DNA from: Candidatus Bathyarchaeota archaeon | GTDB taxonomy: Archaea > Thermoproteota > Bathyarchaeia > Bathyarchaeales > Bathycorpusculaceae | Direction of reading: 5' to 3' | NCBI GenBank assembly: GCA_026014585.1 | Contig: JAOZIA010000002.1 | Coordinates: 105,677-169,676, forward strand | Length of the DNA stretch: 64,000 bases | Part shown: positions 1 through 9,052 of the stretch, piece after piece | Layout of the letters: each line of letters begins with the position of its first letter | Numbering within the stretch: position 1 is the first letter of the stretch | Made by a program: the position numbers and the translations under genes | Notes under the pieces: generated by a model | Told to the model about the DNA's origin: nothing | Seen by the model: the letters and a program-made list of their open reading frames with translations, nothing else | The model's database searches: none

Positions 1-419
1 TCACCTATTGCAGAAATTCCACCTGTTGAAGAAATTGTGAACCCGGATAGTTCCACGTTGCTAGACTCAATTTTTATTCCTAAGTCGGGCACAACTTCAG
101 GAATATACAGATTATATACAGTGACCATGGGGGTGGTTATAATTACCTGCACAGTTGCACCCTCTTCACTTATCAATGTTAGAGGTTTATCGAGTATAAA
201 CTGGGTTTCTGAATAAGTTCCAGCCCTTACAAGTACGGTATCTCCAATGGTTGCGTTGCCTATTGCCTCAGTGATTGTTGAATAATCATCTGGAACAGCA
301 ATATCATACACCTGATTTTTAGGAGTCGGGGAAGAAGTGAATGTTGAAAACACTACAGAAGCCCCAAATACAGAAGAAACCAATAAAATAACAACGAAAA
401 CAACAACTACAAATTTCAT
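1..419 (-). CDS. Secreted or membrane-anchored beta-helix (NosD/pectin-lyase-fold-like) protein, N-terminal part; gene continues beyond the left edge
   Basis: Own minus-strand translation from ATG 417-419: MKFVVVVFVVILLVSSVFGAS (signal/anchor), then YDIAVPDDYSTITEAIGNATIGDTVLVRAGTYSE, the usual N-terminal signature of NosD-like beta-helix proteins. Not in the ORF track because there is no stop inside the window. Confidence 0.45.
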   Translation of the reverse strand, partial: MKFVVVVFVVILLVSSVFGASVVFSTFTSSPTPKNQVYDIAVPDDYSTITEAIGNATIGDTVLVRAGTYSETQFILDKPLTLISEEGATVQVIITTPMVTVYNLYIPEVVPDLGIKIESSNVELSGFTISSTGGISAIG

Positions 420-552
420 TTTTTATCCCCAATCATCACATTTTCAATTAAAGCTGAAAAAATATAATATTAAAGATTTTTTGTCAAGATTTCTTGACTA
501 AGCTAAGTCAAATTTTCCTGACTAAAAAGAAAACAAAAATGAGAATAGGGGG

Positions 553-1278
553 TTAGTGGCTGTAGAGTTTTGCGTATGGACGCTTTGAGATTGGCAGAAT
601 CTTTAGGAAGGGCTTGTTTAGGATTTCCTTTGAATCCATTCCGAAGTGTGCCGCGTACTCTTTGACTAGGGCTTCGATGACTTGCATGTCACGTTTACCC
701 GCAGGTAAAGTCTTAGTGCCCAACTCGGGGGTTAAGATGTCTCCGCGCTCGTAGATGACGCCGCCGTGCATACCTGTCGCAACGAACCGTGCATTGCTCT
801 TCTCGCCATCTTTTAGGTCTAAGCCCAAAATAACGATGATGCCGCCTGCCATGTACTCCGCCAAAAAGTCGCCGGCTGTTTGTCCAACAACAATTTTGGG
901 GGTTTTCTTTTGGTACTGCTTCATGTGGATGCCAACGCGGAAGCCCACGTTGTCGCGGACAAAGATTTTGCCGCCTCGCATGGAGTGCCCTGTTAAGTCA
1001 CCTGCGTGACCTTCAACAACTATTTCGCCTTCATCCATAGTGTTACCGCTTGCATCCTGTGCACTGCCGTGAACTATTACTTTGGGTCCACTCATGAAAG
1101 CGCCCAAGTCGTTGCCTGGTGTGCCGTGGATTTCGATTTGCAGGTTTTTGTTGAGGTCGGTTCCGATATAGCGTTGTCCGCAAACATTGTTGATTACAAG
1201 TTTTTCTACGTTAGAGTTGCTTACGATTTGTCGTAGTATGCAGTTTAGGTCTTTGTAGTATAAGTCTTCAGAGTCCAC
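553..1278 (-). CDS. Glutamate synthase domain 3 protein (GXGXG beta-helix domain; archaeal split GOGAT)
   Basis: 241 aa. Glycine-rich repeats HGTPGNDLGAFMSGPKVIVHGSAQDASGNTMDEGEIVVEGHAGDLTGHSMRGGKIFVRDNVG typical of the GltB C-terminal domain. Last gene of a five-gene same-strand string. Confidence 0.8.
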   Translation of the reverse strand: MDSEDLYYKDLNCILRQIVSNSNVEKLVINNVCGQRYIGTDLNKNLQIEIHGTPGNDLGAFMSGPKVIVHGSAQDASGNTMDEGEIVVEGHAGDLTGHSMRGGKIFVRDNVGFRVGIHMKQYQKKTPKIVVGQTAGDFLAEYMAGGIIVILGLDLKDGEKSNARFVATGMHGGVIYERGDILTPELGTKTLPAGKRDMQVIEALVKEYAAHFGMDSKEILNKPFLKILPISKRPYAKLYSH

Positions 1279-1363
1279 TGTTGCGGTTTTGCCTTCAATT
1301 TTTACTCTTCAACTGTACTCTTCAGGTAATTCTAACTTTGTTTTTTGTTGGTCACTCATTGTT

Positions 1364-2875
1364 TTATTCTCCTGCCATTTTAACGCCTAAAATCTTCAGC
1401 TCAGTATCAGTTAAGCCGACAGCACGAAGCGCTAAGCGGTTACCGCGTAAGCTTTCAATAGCGTTGATGTCCATGCCGCCCATCATGTCTTTGATTTCGT
1501 GGCTCCAACCGTGAAGCATGTTCACTAATCGTCGGGTTGCAATATCGGGGTTGACACGTTTGCTAATCCACGGATCACTTGTCGCAATACCCCATGGACA
1601 CTTTCCAGTGTAGCACCGTTGACAGACACTGCAGCCGATGGCAACTAACGCGGCAGTACCAAGGTACACTGCATCAGCGCCCAACGCAATTGCCTTAAAC
1701 ACATCCGAGGAACTACGGAAGCCACCTGCTACAACAACTGAGGCATGGTTGCGTATGCCTTCATCACGTAGCCGCTGGTCAACCTGTGCCAGTGCCAACT
1801 CGATGGGTATGCCCACGTTGTCACGGATAGCTTTAGGAGCCGCACCTGTTGAACCTCGAACACCATCCATAGCAATAATGTCTGCGCCTGCCCGTACCAT
1901 ACCGCTTGCAATTGCTGCGATGTTGTGGACGGCGGAAACTTTCACTATGATTGGTTTGGTGTAATTGGTTGCTTCTTTTAGTGCATAGATTAATTGTCGC
2001 AGGTCTTCGATTGAGTAGATGTCGTGTTGTGGGTAAGGTGAGAGCGCGTCTGCACCAGTAGGTATCATGCGGGTTTTTGCCACAAGCTCAGTGACTTTTT
2101 CTCCAGGTAAGTGTCCGCCGATGCCTGGTTTTGCACCTTGTCCAATTTTGATTTCCACAGCTGCACCTGCGTTTAGATATTTGGAGTGCACACCAAAGCG
2201 TCCTGAAGCAACCTGAACAATGGAGTGCAAACCATACTTGTAGAGGGACTGGTCTAAGCCGCCCTCGCCCGTGTTAAAGTATGTACCACATTCAGTTGCT
2301 GCCCGTGCTAAGGCTTGGTGAACGTTTAGGCTGATTGCGCCATAAGACATTGCCGAGAACATTATCGGAGTGTCTATGCAAAGTTGAGGTGTTAGTTTGG
2401 TTTTGAGTACTGGTGCATCATTTTCGTATGCAATGTCTAGTTTGTCTGGTTTTGTGCCAAGGTATGTGCGGATTTCCATTGGTTCTCGTAGGGGGTCAAT
2501 GGATGGGTTTGTGACTTGGCTGGCGTTTAGTAGTAGTCGGTCCCAATAGGTGTAGTTGGGTTTGTCACAGCCCATGCCAGTTAGGATGACTGCACCGCTT
2601 TCAGCTTGGCGTTTGAGGTCGCGGATGGCTTCCATGTTCCAGTTGGCGTTTTCGCGGTTTGCGGTGGGGTTTTTGCGGATGGTTATGGCGTGTGTTGGGC
2701 AGAAGGTGACGCATCGTTGGCAGTTAACGCAGTTTTCGTCTTTGCTGCAGATGCGGTCTGTTTCTTCGTCGTAGTAGTGTGTGTCGTATGTGCACTGGTT
2801 AATGCATACTTTGCATTTTATGCATCGTTTTTCGTCGCGTTCAACTAAGTATTCGGGTTGAACATAGCTTTTCAT
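1364..2875 (-). CDS. Glutamate synthase FMN-binding domain protein (GltB domain 2) with N-terminal 2x[4Fe-4S] ferredoxin module
   Basis: 503 aa. CIKCKVCINQC and CVNCQRCVTFCP cluster motifs, followed by the GOGAT FMN-barrel signature (NTGEGG, KIGQGAKPGIGGHLPG, GADIIAMDG). Confidence 0.85.
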   Translation of the reverse strand: MKSYVQPEYLVERDEKRCIKCKVCINQCTYDTHYYDEETDRICSKDENCVNCQRCVTFCPTHAITIRKNPTANRENANWNMEAIRDLKRQAESGAVILTGMGCDKPNYTYWDRLLLNASQVTNPSIDPLREPMEIRTYLGTKPDKLDIAYENDAPVLKTKLTPQLCIDTPIMFSAMSYGAISLNVHQALARAATECGTYFNTGEGGLDQSLYKYGLHSIVQVASGRFGVHSKYLNAGAAVEIKIGQGAKPGIGGHLPGEKVTELVAKTRMIPTGADALSPYPQHDIYSIEDLRQLIYALKEATNYTKPIIVKVSAVHNIAAIASGMVRAGADIIAMDGVRGSTGAAPKAIRDNVGIPIELALAQVDQRLRDEGIRNHASVVVAGGFRSSSDVFKAIALGADAVYLGTAALVAIGCSVCQRCYTGKCPWGIATSDPWISKRVNPDIATRRLVNMLHGWSHEIKDMMGGMDINAIESLRGNRLALRAVGLTDTELKILGVKMAGE

Positions 2876-4002
2876 TGAGTTACGCCTCCAAGGGTTTTGG
2901 TTTTTAGGGTTTTTAGTCTGCCAATCACGGGTTCGCCGCCTCTTGGAGTCCAGAACTTGTCTAGTTGTGGAGAAACCAAGCGAATAGCCGCTTCTTCAGA
3001 TGACATAAACAGTACATCACCTTTGGTTGCAGCAACCATGGGTCGAAGCTTGATGCGGTCAGTTAAACCTATCATTTCGCCCTGATGAGCAATCACTATA
3101 CTAAATGGACCATTCATGAGTAGGCTACCATAAGTTTGTCGCAGACCACGCAGCAGTTCTGCCTGTTTTGGCTCCATGCTGTCGATTTCGCTCCACAGTG
3201 GAGAAGCAAACACTTTGGTTACTAATTCAATGGGCAGTTTTTGTCTGCGCATCAACAGGTCTACCGCGTAGGCTAAGACTTCAGTGTCGGTTTGCAGGGT
3301 GCATTTATAACCGTACATTTCTAGGTAGCGACGGTTTATGCCGTAGCTGGAAAGTTCACCGTTGTGAACCACTGACCAGTCCAAAATGTTAAATGGGTGT
3401 GCTCCGCCCCACCATCCGGGTGTGTTTGTTGGGAAACGGCTGTGGCATGTCCAGAGGTAGCCTTTGTAATCTTCAAGACAGAAGAAGTCTGCTACGTCCT
3501 CAGGGAAGCCGACGCCTTTGAAGACGCCCATGTCTTTGCCGCTGCTAAACACGAAGGCTTTGCCTGTTTCAGTGTTTATGCGCATTACGGCATCGATGAT
3601 GTAGTCTTCTTCGGATTGGCCTTCGGGTCGGTGTTTTTTGGGTTGTACAAAGTAGCGCCACATTTTGGGGGGGTTGTGTACGTTTGCGTGTCGAGTTTGC
3701 ATTTCTTCGTCATAGGTTATGTCAAATCGTGATGCAAGGGTGCGGTCAGTTTTTTCTTTAGCGTCACGACTAAGGTACATGATGTGCATTGCATAGTAAT
3801 CTTTGAATTGGGGATATAGTCCGTAAACTGCAAAGCCTCCGCCTAAGCCGTTGCCGCGGTCATGCATGTTGGCTATTGCGCGTACGGGGTCTTTTGAGCT
3901 GATCTGTTTGCCACTTGTATCCATCATTGCAAAGATGGCGCAGCCTGAAATGTCTTTTTCTTGCCCGAACGGGTACATTATTTTGAAGTCATTACTGTCC
4001 AT
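2872..4002 (-). CDS. Class-II (Ntn) glutamine amidotransferase, glutamate synthase domain 1
   Basis: 376 aa. Has DISGCAIFAMM, HSRFPTNT and HNGELSSY motifs. 4-nt overlap with the downstream FMN-domain gene suggests translational coupling. Confidence 0.8.
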   Translation of the reverse strand: MDSNDFKIMYPFGQEKDISGCAIFAMMDTSGKQISSKDPVRAIANMHDRGNGLGGGFAVYGLYPQFKDYYAMHIMYLSRDAKEKTDRTLASRFDITYDEEMQTRHANVHNPPKMWRYFVQPKKHRPEGQSEEDYIIDAVMRINTETGKAFVFSSGKDMGVFKGVGFPEDVADFFCLEDYKGYLWTCHSRFPTNTPGWWGGAHPFNILDWSVVHNGELSSYGINRRYLEMYGYKCTLQTDTEVLAYAVDLLMRRQKLPIELVTKVFASPLWSEIDSMEPKQAELLRGLRQTYGSLLMNGPFSIVIAHQGEMIGLTDRIKLRPMVAATKGDVLFMSSEEAAIRLVSPQLDKFWTPRGGEPVIGRLKTLKTKTLGGVTQ

Positions 4003-5282
4003 TATATGGTCACACCTATTTTCTTTTGTAAACTTGCAGGCAACGCTGCCAGTGAGAAATCATCGGCCAACAGTCTTGGCTTATACTTTTTCACGTTCAC
4101 CGCTTCCTTCATTAATTTATAGAGCAAACCTGCCTTACTGATGTTACCAAGCAAAGTTAATCCTACGATAAAGTTGTCTTTTAGCACGATTTTCTGGTAG
4201 ACACCTTTTTGGGGTTCATGTTTTGTGAGGATTTCAAGGGTTGGGTCATCTTTGGGGTTTGCCATGCCAATTGACACGATTGGAACACCAAAATACTTCA
4301 GACTGCTCATGTTGGTTCCACCACAGTACATGGTTTTAGAGCCTGCCATGTTGTAACCTGCAGTTTGACCTTCCAACACTGCAAGAGGCCAGAGCGGTAA
4401 AAGCCGATTCTGCTTTAGCACAAAATCGTACGCTTCCGCCACGTCCCCGCTTGCGTATATGTCGGGTATGTTGGTTTGCATGTAATTGTCCACGATTATG
4501 CCTCGGTTGGTTTTAAGGTCGGTTCCTGTGGCTAGCTCGGTTCGGGGGATAACACCGATTGCTGCAATCACGATATCACAGGGTATAGTGACGCCTTTGG
4601 TTGTGATTACTCCACCAACTACACCTTCGTTACCGTCTTTGCCAATGATTTTTGTGACGGATTGTCCAGTTGCAAAGTTTACGCCTGATGCTCGGATTTG
4701 GGCTTCAACTATGTCAGATGCTGTGGCGTCAAGAAGCAAACTTAGGATTTTATCCTGCAACTCAACCACAGTAACTTTTAATCCACGCTTGGTTAACGCG
4801 TCGGTTACGCTGATGCCGATTAAGCCTGCACCGATAACAACGGCGGTTTTGGCTTGTATGGCATCGATTTTTTCAGCTAAACTTATCGCGTCCGCGATTG
4901 TTGTGAATGTGAATACGCCGTCTTTTTCTTGACCTTCCATCTTTGGAACAAAGGGCTTGCCGCCTGTTGCAATCAAAAGTTTCTCATAGCTTATTTTTTC
5001 GCCATCAGCTAAGCTAACGGTTTTTTCGGCTGTGTTTAGGCTGACGGCTTTTTTGCCAAGACATGCTTGGGCATTGTTTGTTGTCCAGAAACTGTCGTCT
5101 TTGCATTTCATTTTGTTAACGTCTGCTTTTCCGCTGACGTAATCGCTAATCATTGGGCGACTGTAATCTGCACATTGTTCTTCTGTGATAATGGCTATGC
5201 TGCCTTTGGGGTCGATTTTTCGTATGGCTTCAACAGCGCCTACACCGGCGGCTGAAGCTCCAATAATAACGTACTTTGGCAT
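4002..5282 (-). CDS. FAD/NAD(P)-dependent pyridine nucleotide-disulfide-family oxidoreductase, probable electron-input subunit of the GOGAT cluster
   Basis: 426 aa. N-terminal Rossmann motif YVIIGASAAGVGA, second dinucleotide motif AVVIGAGLIGIS, and GDVA near the C-terminus. Start and stop abut the flanking genes. Confidence 0.75.
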   Translation of the reverse strand: MPKYVIIGASAAGVGAVEAIRKIDPKGSIAIITEEQCADYSRPMISDYVSGKADVNKMKCKDDSFWTTNNAQACLGKKAVSLNTAEKTVSLADGEKISYEKLLIATGGKPFVPKMEGQEKDGVFTFTTIADAISLAEKIDAIQAKTAVVIGAGLIGISVTDALTKRGLKVTVVELQDKILSLLLDATASDIVEAQIRASGVNFATGQSVTKIIGKDGNEGVVGGVITTKGVTIPCDIVIAAIGVIPRTELATGTDLKTNRGIIVDNYMQTNIPDIYASGDVAEAYDFVLKQNRLLPLWPLAVLEGQTAGYNMAGSKTMYCGGTNMSSLKYFGVPIVSIGMANPKDDPTLEILTKHEPQKGVYQKIVLKDNFIVGLTLLGNISKAGLLYKLMKEAVNVKKYKPRLLADDFSLAALPASLQKKIGVTI

Positions 5283-5725
5283 TAGGGTTTCACCTCTTTG
5301 AAGACCAATGCCTCATTTGGGCAGTTGGCAACACAAGCTGGTTCGGTTAATCCTTGGCATAGGTCGCATTTTGCTACTACATGGCCTTCTTTGTCCATTT
5401 TTATGGCGCCATAGGGGCAAACCATTATGCAGGTCCAGCAGCCTATGCATTTGTCTTTGTTGTGTTTTACTTCGCCTGTTTTGGGGTCTTTAGTCATTGC
5501 TCCTGCTAGGCAGGCGGTTACGCATGGGGCGTCTTGGCAGTGGCGGCACTGAATTGCGAAGCTAACGGGTTTGTCGCGTTGGACGGTTACGCGGCTGATG
5601 GGTTTGGGTTGTTCGCTGGTGTAGGCTTTGATTATGTCTTTTGATTTTGAGTGGGCTACTGTGCAGTATACTTCACAGAGTCCGCAGCCGATACAGACCT
5701 CTTGTTTTGCGAATATTTTTTTCAT
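5282..5725 (-). CDS. 4Fe-4S dicluster/polyferredoxin (CooF/HycB-like)
   Basis: 147 aa with four Cys clusters: CIGCGLCEVYC, CRHCQDAPC, CIGCWTCIMVCP, CDLC...CVANCP. First gene of the GOGAT string. Confidence 0.8.
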   Translation of the reverse strand: MKKIFAKQEVCIGCGLCEVYCTVAHSKSKDIIKAYTSEQPKPISRVTVQRDKPVSFAIQCRHCQDAPCVTACLAGAMTKDPKTGEVKHNKDKCIGCWTCIMVCPYGAIKMDKEGHVVAKCDLCQGLTEPACVANCPNEALVFKEVKP

Positions 5726-6001
5726 GATTAAACCTCGGGTTTTTTATTTGTTTAGCGTGAGCGGGTGAGCATAAAAACATGTAATTCGGCGTCTTTTGTG
5801 CATAGTACGCCTTTGCTTGTTGTTGTTTGCTCACCTTTTTTGATTATTGCTTTACATGTGTTAACTGACATTTTATCCACTACTACGGGGCATTTTCGCC
5901 ATCAAGTATCATGTATTCTATATAACCTTACTGAAAATCATTTATATGTAAGTTAATGAGACATGTAATATACATGAAATATATACCAAAGGGAACATAA
6001 A

Positions 6002-7108
6002 ATGGCAGAAAAAGACCTAGGCTACAGACGAGTCCAATGTACAGGAAGAGGCAGCTACATCATCAGCCTACCCAAAGAATGGGTAGAAGACATAGGCCTA
6101 AAACGAGGAAGCGAAATAGCCTTCAGCCTACAACCCAACTCCACACTCAACCTCATCCCCAGAAAAATAATGGAAAAAAACGGACAAGACGACAGCTTAA
6201 AACCCAAAGAATACTACGTCAACGTAGACCCCAAAGAAACCCTAGAAGCAACAATACGTATGATACGGGCATTATACGCTATCGGAGCTGACATAATCCG
6301 AGTACACTTCAAAAACCCACCCGAAGGAATCACCAAATACAAAAACGAAATAAAAACCCTAGCCCGAGACAACTTCTTAGGCTCAGAAATAATCGAAGAA
6401 ACAGCAGACGAAATAACCCTGCAAATCCTAATCAAACACAGCGAATTCCCCATCGAAAAAGCCGTCCGCAGAATGGCAATCGTGGCACTCTCCGCAAACC
6501 GCGACGCCATCTCAGCCCTAAAAGACCAAAACACCAGCCTACGCGACAGCGTAAACAATGCCCACAACGACGTTAACCGCCTTGGCTTATACATTATCAG
6601 GCAACTAAAATACGGCATAGAGCGTAATTTGTATCGTGAATTGGGTTTCCGTAACCCCAAAGAGTTCCTGCTCTACCGCATCGCAGTAAATGACATAGAA
6701 AGCATCGGCGATAACGCCATGAACATAATCACAAACCTATTCACGCTTCAAAAACTCATCAATGAAGAAACCCTCTACATCAAAGAACCCATAGACGAAG
6801 AAATCTATAACCAACTCGTAAACTTTAGCACACAAGCCCATCAACTCTACGATGACTCAATCAGAGCACTCTTCAAACGCGACTACAAAGACGCAGAAAA
6901 ACTAATCAGCAAACGTGAATCCATGATACCCCTAGAAAACGCGCTTATACTACTCATGTCCAGCAAAAAACTTGACCCCAACGTGCTCAGTGTACTCAGG
7001 CTGATTTTTGACAGCGAACGTCGCATAATGGACTACAGCAAAAACATGGCAGAACTCACGCTAAACCGAACCGTGGAGGAACTCTGCTCAACATTAACAT
7101 ACAAATAA
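6002..7108 (+). CDS. AbrB/SpoVT-domain plus PhoU-domain regulator (archaeal PhoU-like)
   Basis: 368 aa. N-terminal swapped-hairpin signature RRVQCTGRGSYIISLPKEWVEDIGLKRGSEI, followed by a long helical duplicated PhoU-like region. Confidence 0.65.
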   Translation: MAEKDLGYRRVQCTGRGSYIISLPKEWVEDIGLKRGSEIAFSLQPNSTLNLIPRKIMEKNGQDDSLKPKEYYVNVDPKETLEATIRMIRALYAIGADIIRVHFKNPPEGITKYKNEIKTLARDNFLGSEIIEETADEITLQILIKHSEFPIEKAVRRMAIVALSANRDAISALKDQNTSLRDSVNNAHNDVNRLGLYIIRQLKYGIERNLYRELGFRNPKEFLLYRIAVNDIESIGDNAMNIITNLFTLQKLINEETLYIKEPIDEEIYNQLVNFSTQAHQLYDDSIRALFKRDYKDAEKLISKRESMIPLENALILLMSSKKLDPNVLSVLRLIFDSERRIMDYSKNMAELTLNRTVEELCSTLTYK

Positions 7109-7116
7109 TCCACCAA

Positions 7117-7168
7117 CCTATTTGGAGCCTATTAGAAAGTCTATGCAGAAACCATAGAGGGGTCTACC
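7117..7168 (+). repeat. Interspersed intergenic repeat, copy 1 (core only)
   Basis: CCTATTTGGAGCCTATTAGAAAGTCTATGCAGAAACCATAGAGGGGTCTACC. Same core as the copies at 19853, 27138, 40103, 53080 and 59679. Confidence 0.85.
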
Positions 7169-7186
7169 TGAAAGCAAAGGGCAAGG

Positions 7187-7498
7187 TTAGATGACGTATG
7201 TTTCTTGTATAGTCACTAATCCGTCATCGCCGATTACTTGTTTGAGTTCGGGCAGTATAGGTTCCAGTTTTTCTTGCAGGTCGATGACTTCGATGATTAG
7301 GGGCATGTTGATTTGGACTCCTTCAAGGTGCATTGTGGATTTTCCGCGTTTACCGAACCCGTTCACGCCAGTCCACACTGTTGCACCCTCGATTTTGTTT
7401 TTGACAAGCAGTTCCATAATCAGGGTTTGTAATCGTTTACCGCCTAACTCATCGTTCTTTTTGATACGAATCGTTAAGTCCCACATTTTTTGCCTCAA
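7187..7498 (-). CDS. DUF190 (PII-like) protein, typical crcB partner
   Basis: 103 aa. GATVWTGVNGFGKRG...MPLIIEVIDLQEKLEPILPEL matches the DUF190 pattern. 4-nt overlap with crcB. Confidence 0.7.
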   Translation of the reverse strand: MRQKMWDLTIRIKKNDELGGKRLQTLIMELLVKNKIEGATVWTGVNGFGKRGKSTMHLEGVQINMPLIIEVIDLQEKLEPILPELKQVIGDDGLVTIQETYVI

Positions 7499-7884
7499 CG
7501 AACCAACCTCTCCATTATAACGTCGCCTAAGGCTCTGCCACCCATGACCGCAGCTAAAGATAAGCTAACGTTTGCTAGTATGTTTAGTGCAAGAAGGCTA
7601 AATCTGTTCGCATCCAAGAGATTGCTGGTTTCCAGTGCAAAGGAACTCATTGTTGTAAAAGAGCCACAGAAACCCACGGCGGTTAGTAGGGTGTATTTTG
7701 AGTCCAAATTCAAAGTCAACGCCAACACTGAGAATAGACCTAAAACGAAGCTGCCTGCAATGTTTACGGCTAAAACGTTTAGGGGTAAGCCGTAGAAGGT
7801 TTTGGGTGATTCTACAATTATGTATCTTAGGTATGCGCCTGCTACTGCGCCAGCTGCCAAGAGGAGGAATTCTATCATTTTCAT
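7495..7884 (-). CDS. crcB: Fluoride ion channel CrcB/FluC
   Basis: 129 aa, four hydrophobic segments. CrcB motifs GAYLRY, NIAGSFVLG and GFCGSFTTMSSF. Confidence 0.85.
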   Translation of the reverse strand: MKMIEFLLLAAGAVAGAYLRYIIVESPKTFYGLPLNVLAVNIAGSFVLGLFSVLALTLNLDSKYTLLTAVGFCGSFTTMSSFALETSNLLDANRFSLLALNILANVSLSLAAVMGGRALGDVIMERLVR

Positions 7885-7902
7885 GTCTTAACCTCATCGT
7901 TT

Positions 7903-7965
7903 GGTAGGCATTATCAGCAGCTTATTGGCGCGGTTTAGGCTTCTGCCTTGGCTAATGCCATAGCC
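7903..7965 (-). promoter_or_regulatory. Candidate fluoride (crcB-motif) riboswitch in the crcB leader
   Basis: Minus-strand RNA GGCUAUGGCAUUAGCCAAGGCAGAAGCCUAAACCGCGCCAAUAAGCUGCUGAUAAUGCCUACC. P1 is GGCU/AGCC with loop AUGGCAUU. Loop GGCAUU pairs with the downstream AAUGCC (pseudoknot). Conserved AAAC, UGAU and CCUACC are present. Ends 18 nt before the crcB AUG, with a GAGGU Shine-Dalgarno between. Confidence 0.5.
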
Positions 7966-8114
7966 ACCTCAATTTCTCTTTTGCAAGATTTTAAGTTTAT
8001 CGCAGCCAAACAGTGGATTGCACCATTTTGTACCTAAAAATAGCTGATTCATCTACTTTGCTTTAAGCTAATTCCTATATATCACCATTCCATAATCAAC
8101 ACTTGACATAAAAG

Positions 8115-9035
8115 ATGACGCTTGAAACCTTTGACGTAGCAGTAGTTGGGCACCTCTGCATAGACACCATAATGCTTCCAAGCAGAACACAGCCCTTCAG
8201 GGTTTTAGGCGGCGCAACCACGTATACTTCATTTGCTGTCAAGCATCTTTGCGCTTTACCCGCAGTCATCTCTAAAATCGGAGAAGATTTTCCCCAAGCA
8301 TACCTTTGGTGGCTACAGCAAGAAGGCATAAACACTTCTGCAGTCAAAATATCCCCAAATGAGCAATCAACCAGTTTTCAGCTTCAATACAGCAGTGACC
8401 TCAGCGAGCGCACCCTGACACTTAAAGGGCAAACATCCCCAATCACCATAGAAGATTTACCCAGCAATTTCCACTCAAAAGCGATTCACATAGCACCTAT
8501 AGCAGGCGAAGTCAGCTACGAAGTTGCAGAACAACTAAAAAGCTGCGCGGACATGCTCTCACTTGACCCTCAGGGGATACTGCGAAGTTTTGATGACAAG
8601 GGAAAAGTTGGAATAAAAGAGCAAGTTGACAAGAAAATTTTGGAGCTCATCAACGTTTACAAGTCCTCAATAGATGAGATTACCCTGTTAACTGGGCAAA
8701 CTGAACTGGGCAGGGCAATCAAAGAAGTGCATGATTTAGGCGTCGAAACAGTGATTATCACCATGGGAACCAAAGGCGCACTGCTGTCAACTCAAGGAGC
8801 CCAACATAATATACCCGCCTGCCAATCCGAAGTGCTTGTTGACCCAACAGGTGCAGGAGATGTCTTCATAGGAGGTTTCATAACTGAATACATCCAGAAA
8901 AAAGAGCCGCTTTGGTGCGCGTGTGTGGGTTCCGCGGCGGCATCATTGGTTGTTGAAGGGTTAGGTCCCACCTATTTTGGAAACCCGCAGGATATTTACT
9001 GGCGGGCAAATAAAATCTTCAAAAAAGAAAACTAG
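8115..9035 (+). CDS. PfkB-family carbohydrate/nucleoside kinase
   Basis: 306 aa. N-terminal VVGHLCIDT and C-terminal DPTGAGDVFIGGF, the PfkB signature 2. Confidence 0.8.
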   Translation: MTLETFDVAVVGHLCIDTIMLPSRTQPFRVLGGATTYTSFAVKHLCALPAVISKIGEDFPQAYLWWLQQEGINTSAVKISPNEQSTSFQLQYSSDLSERTLTLKGQTSPITIEDLPSNFHSKAIHIAPIAGEVSYEVAEQLKSCADMLSLDPQGILRSFDDKGKVGIKEQVDKKILELINVYKSSIDEITLLTGQTELGRAIKEVHDLGVETVIITMGTKGALLSTQGAQHNIPACQSEVLVDPTGAGDVFIGGFITEYIQKKEPLWCACVGSAAASLVVEGLGPTYFGNPQDIYWRANKIFKKEN

Positions 9036-9052
9036 TTTTGCTTTTGCATTTC

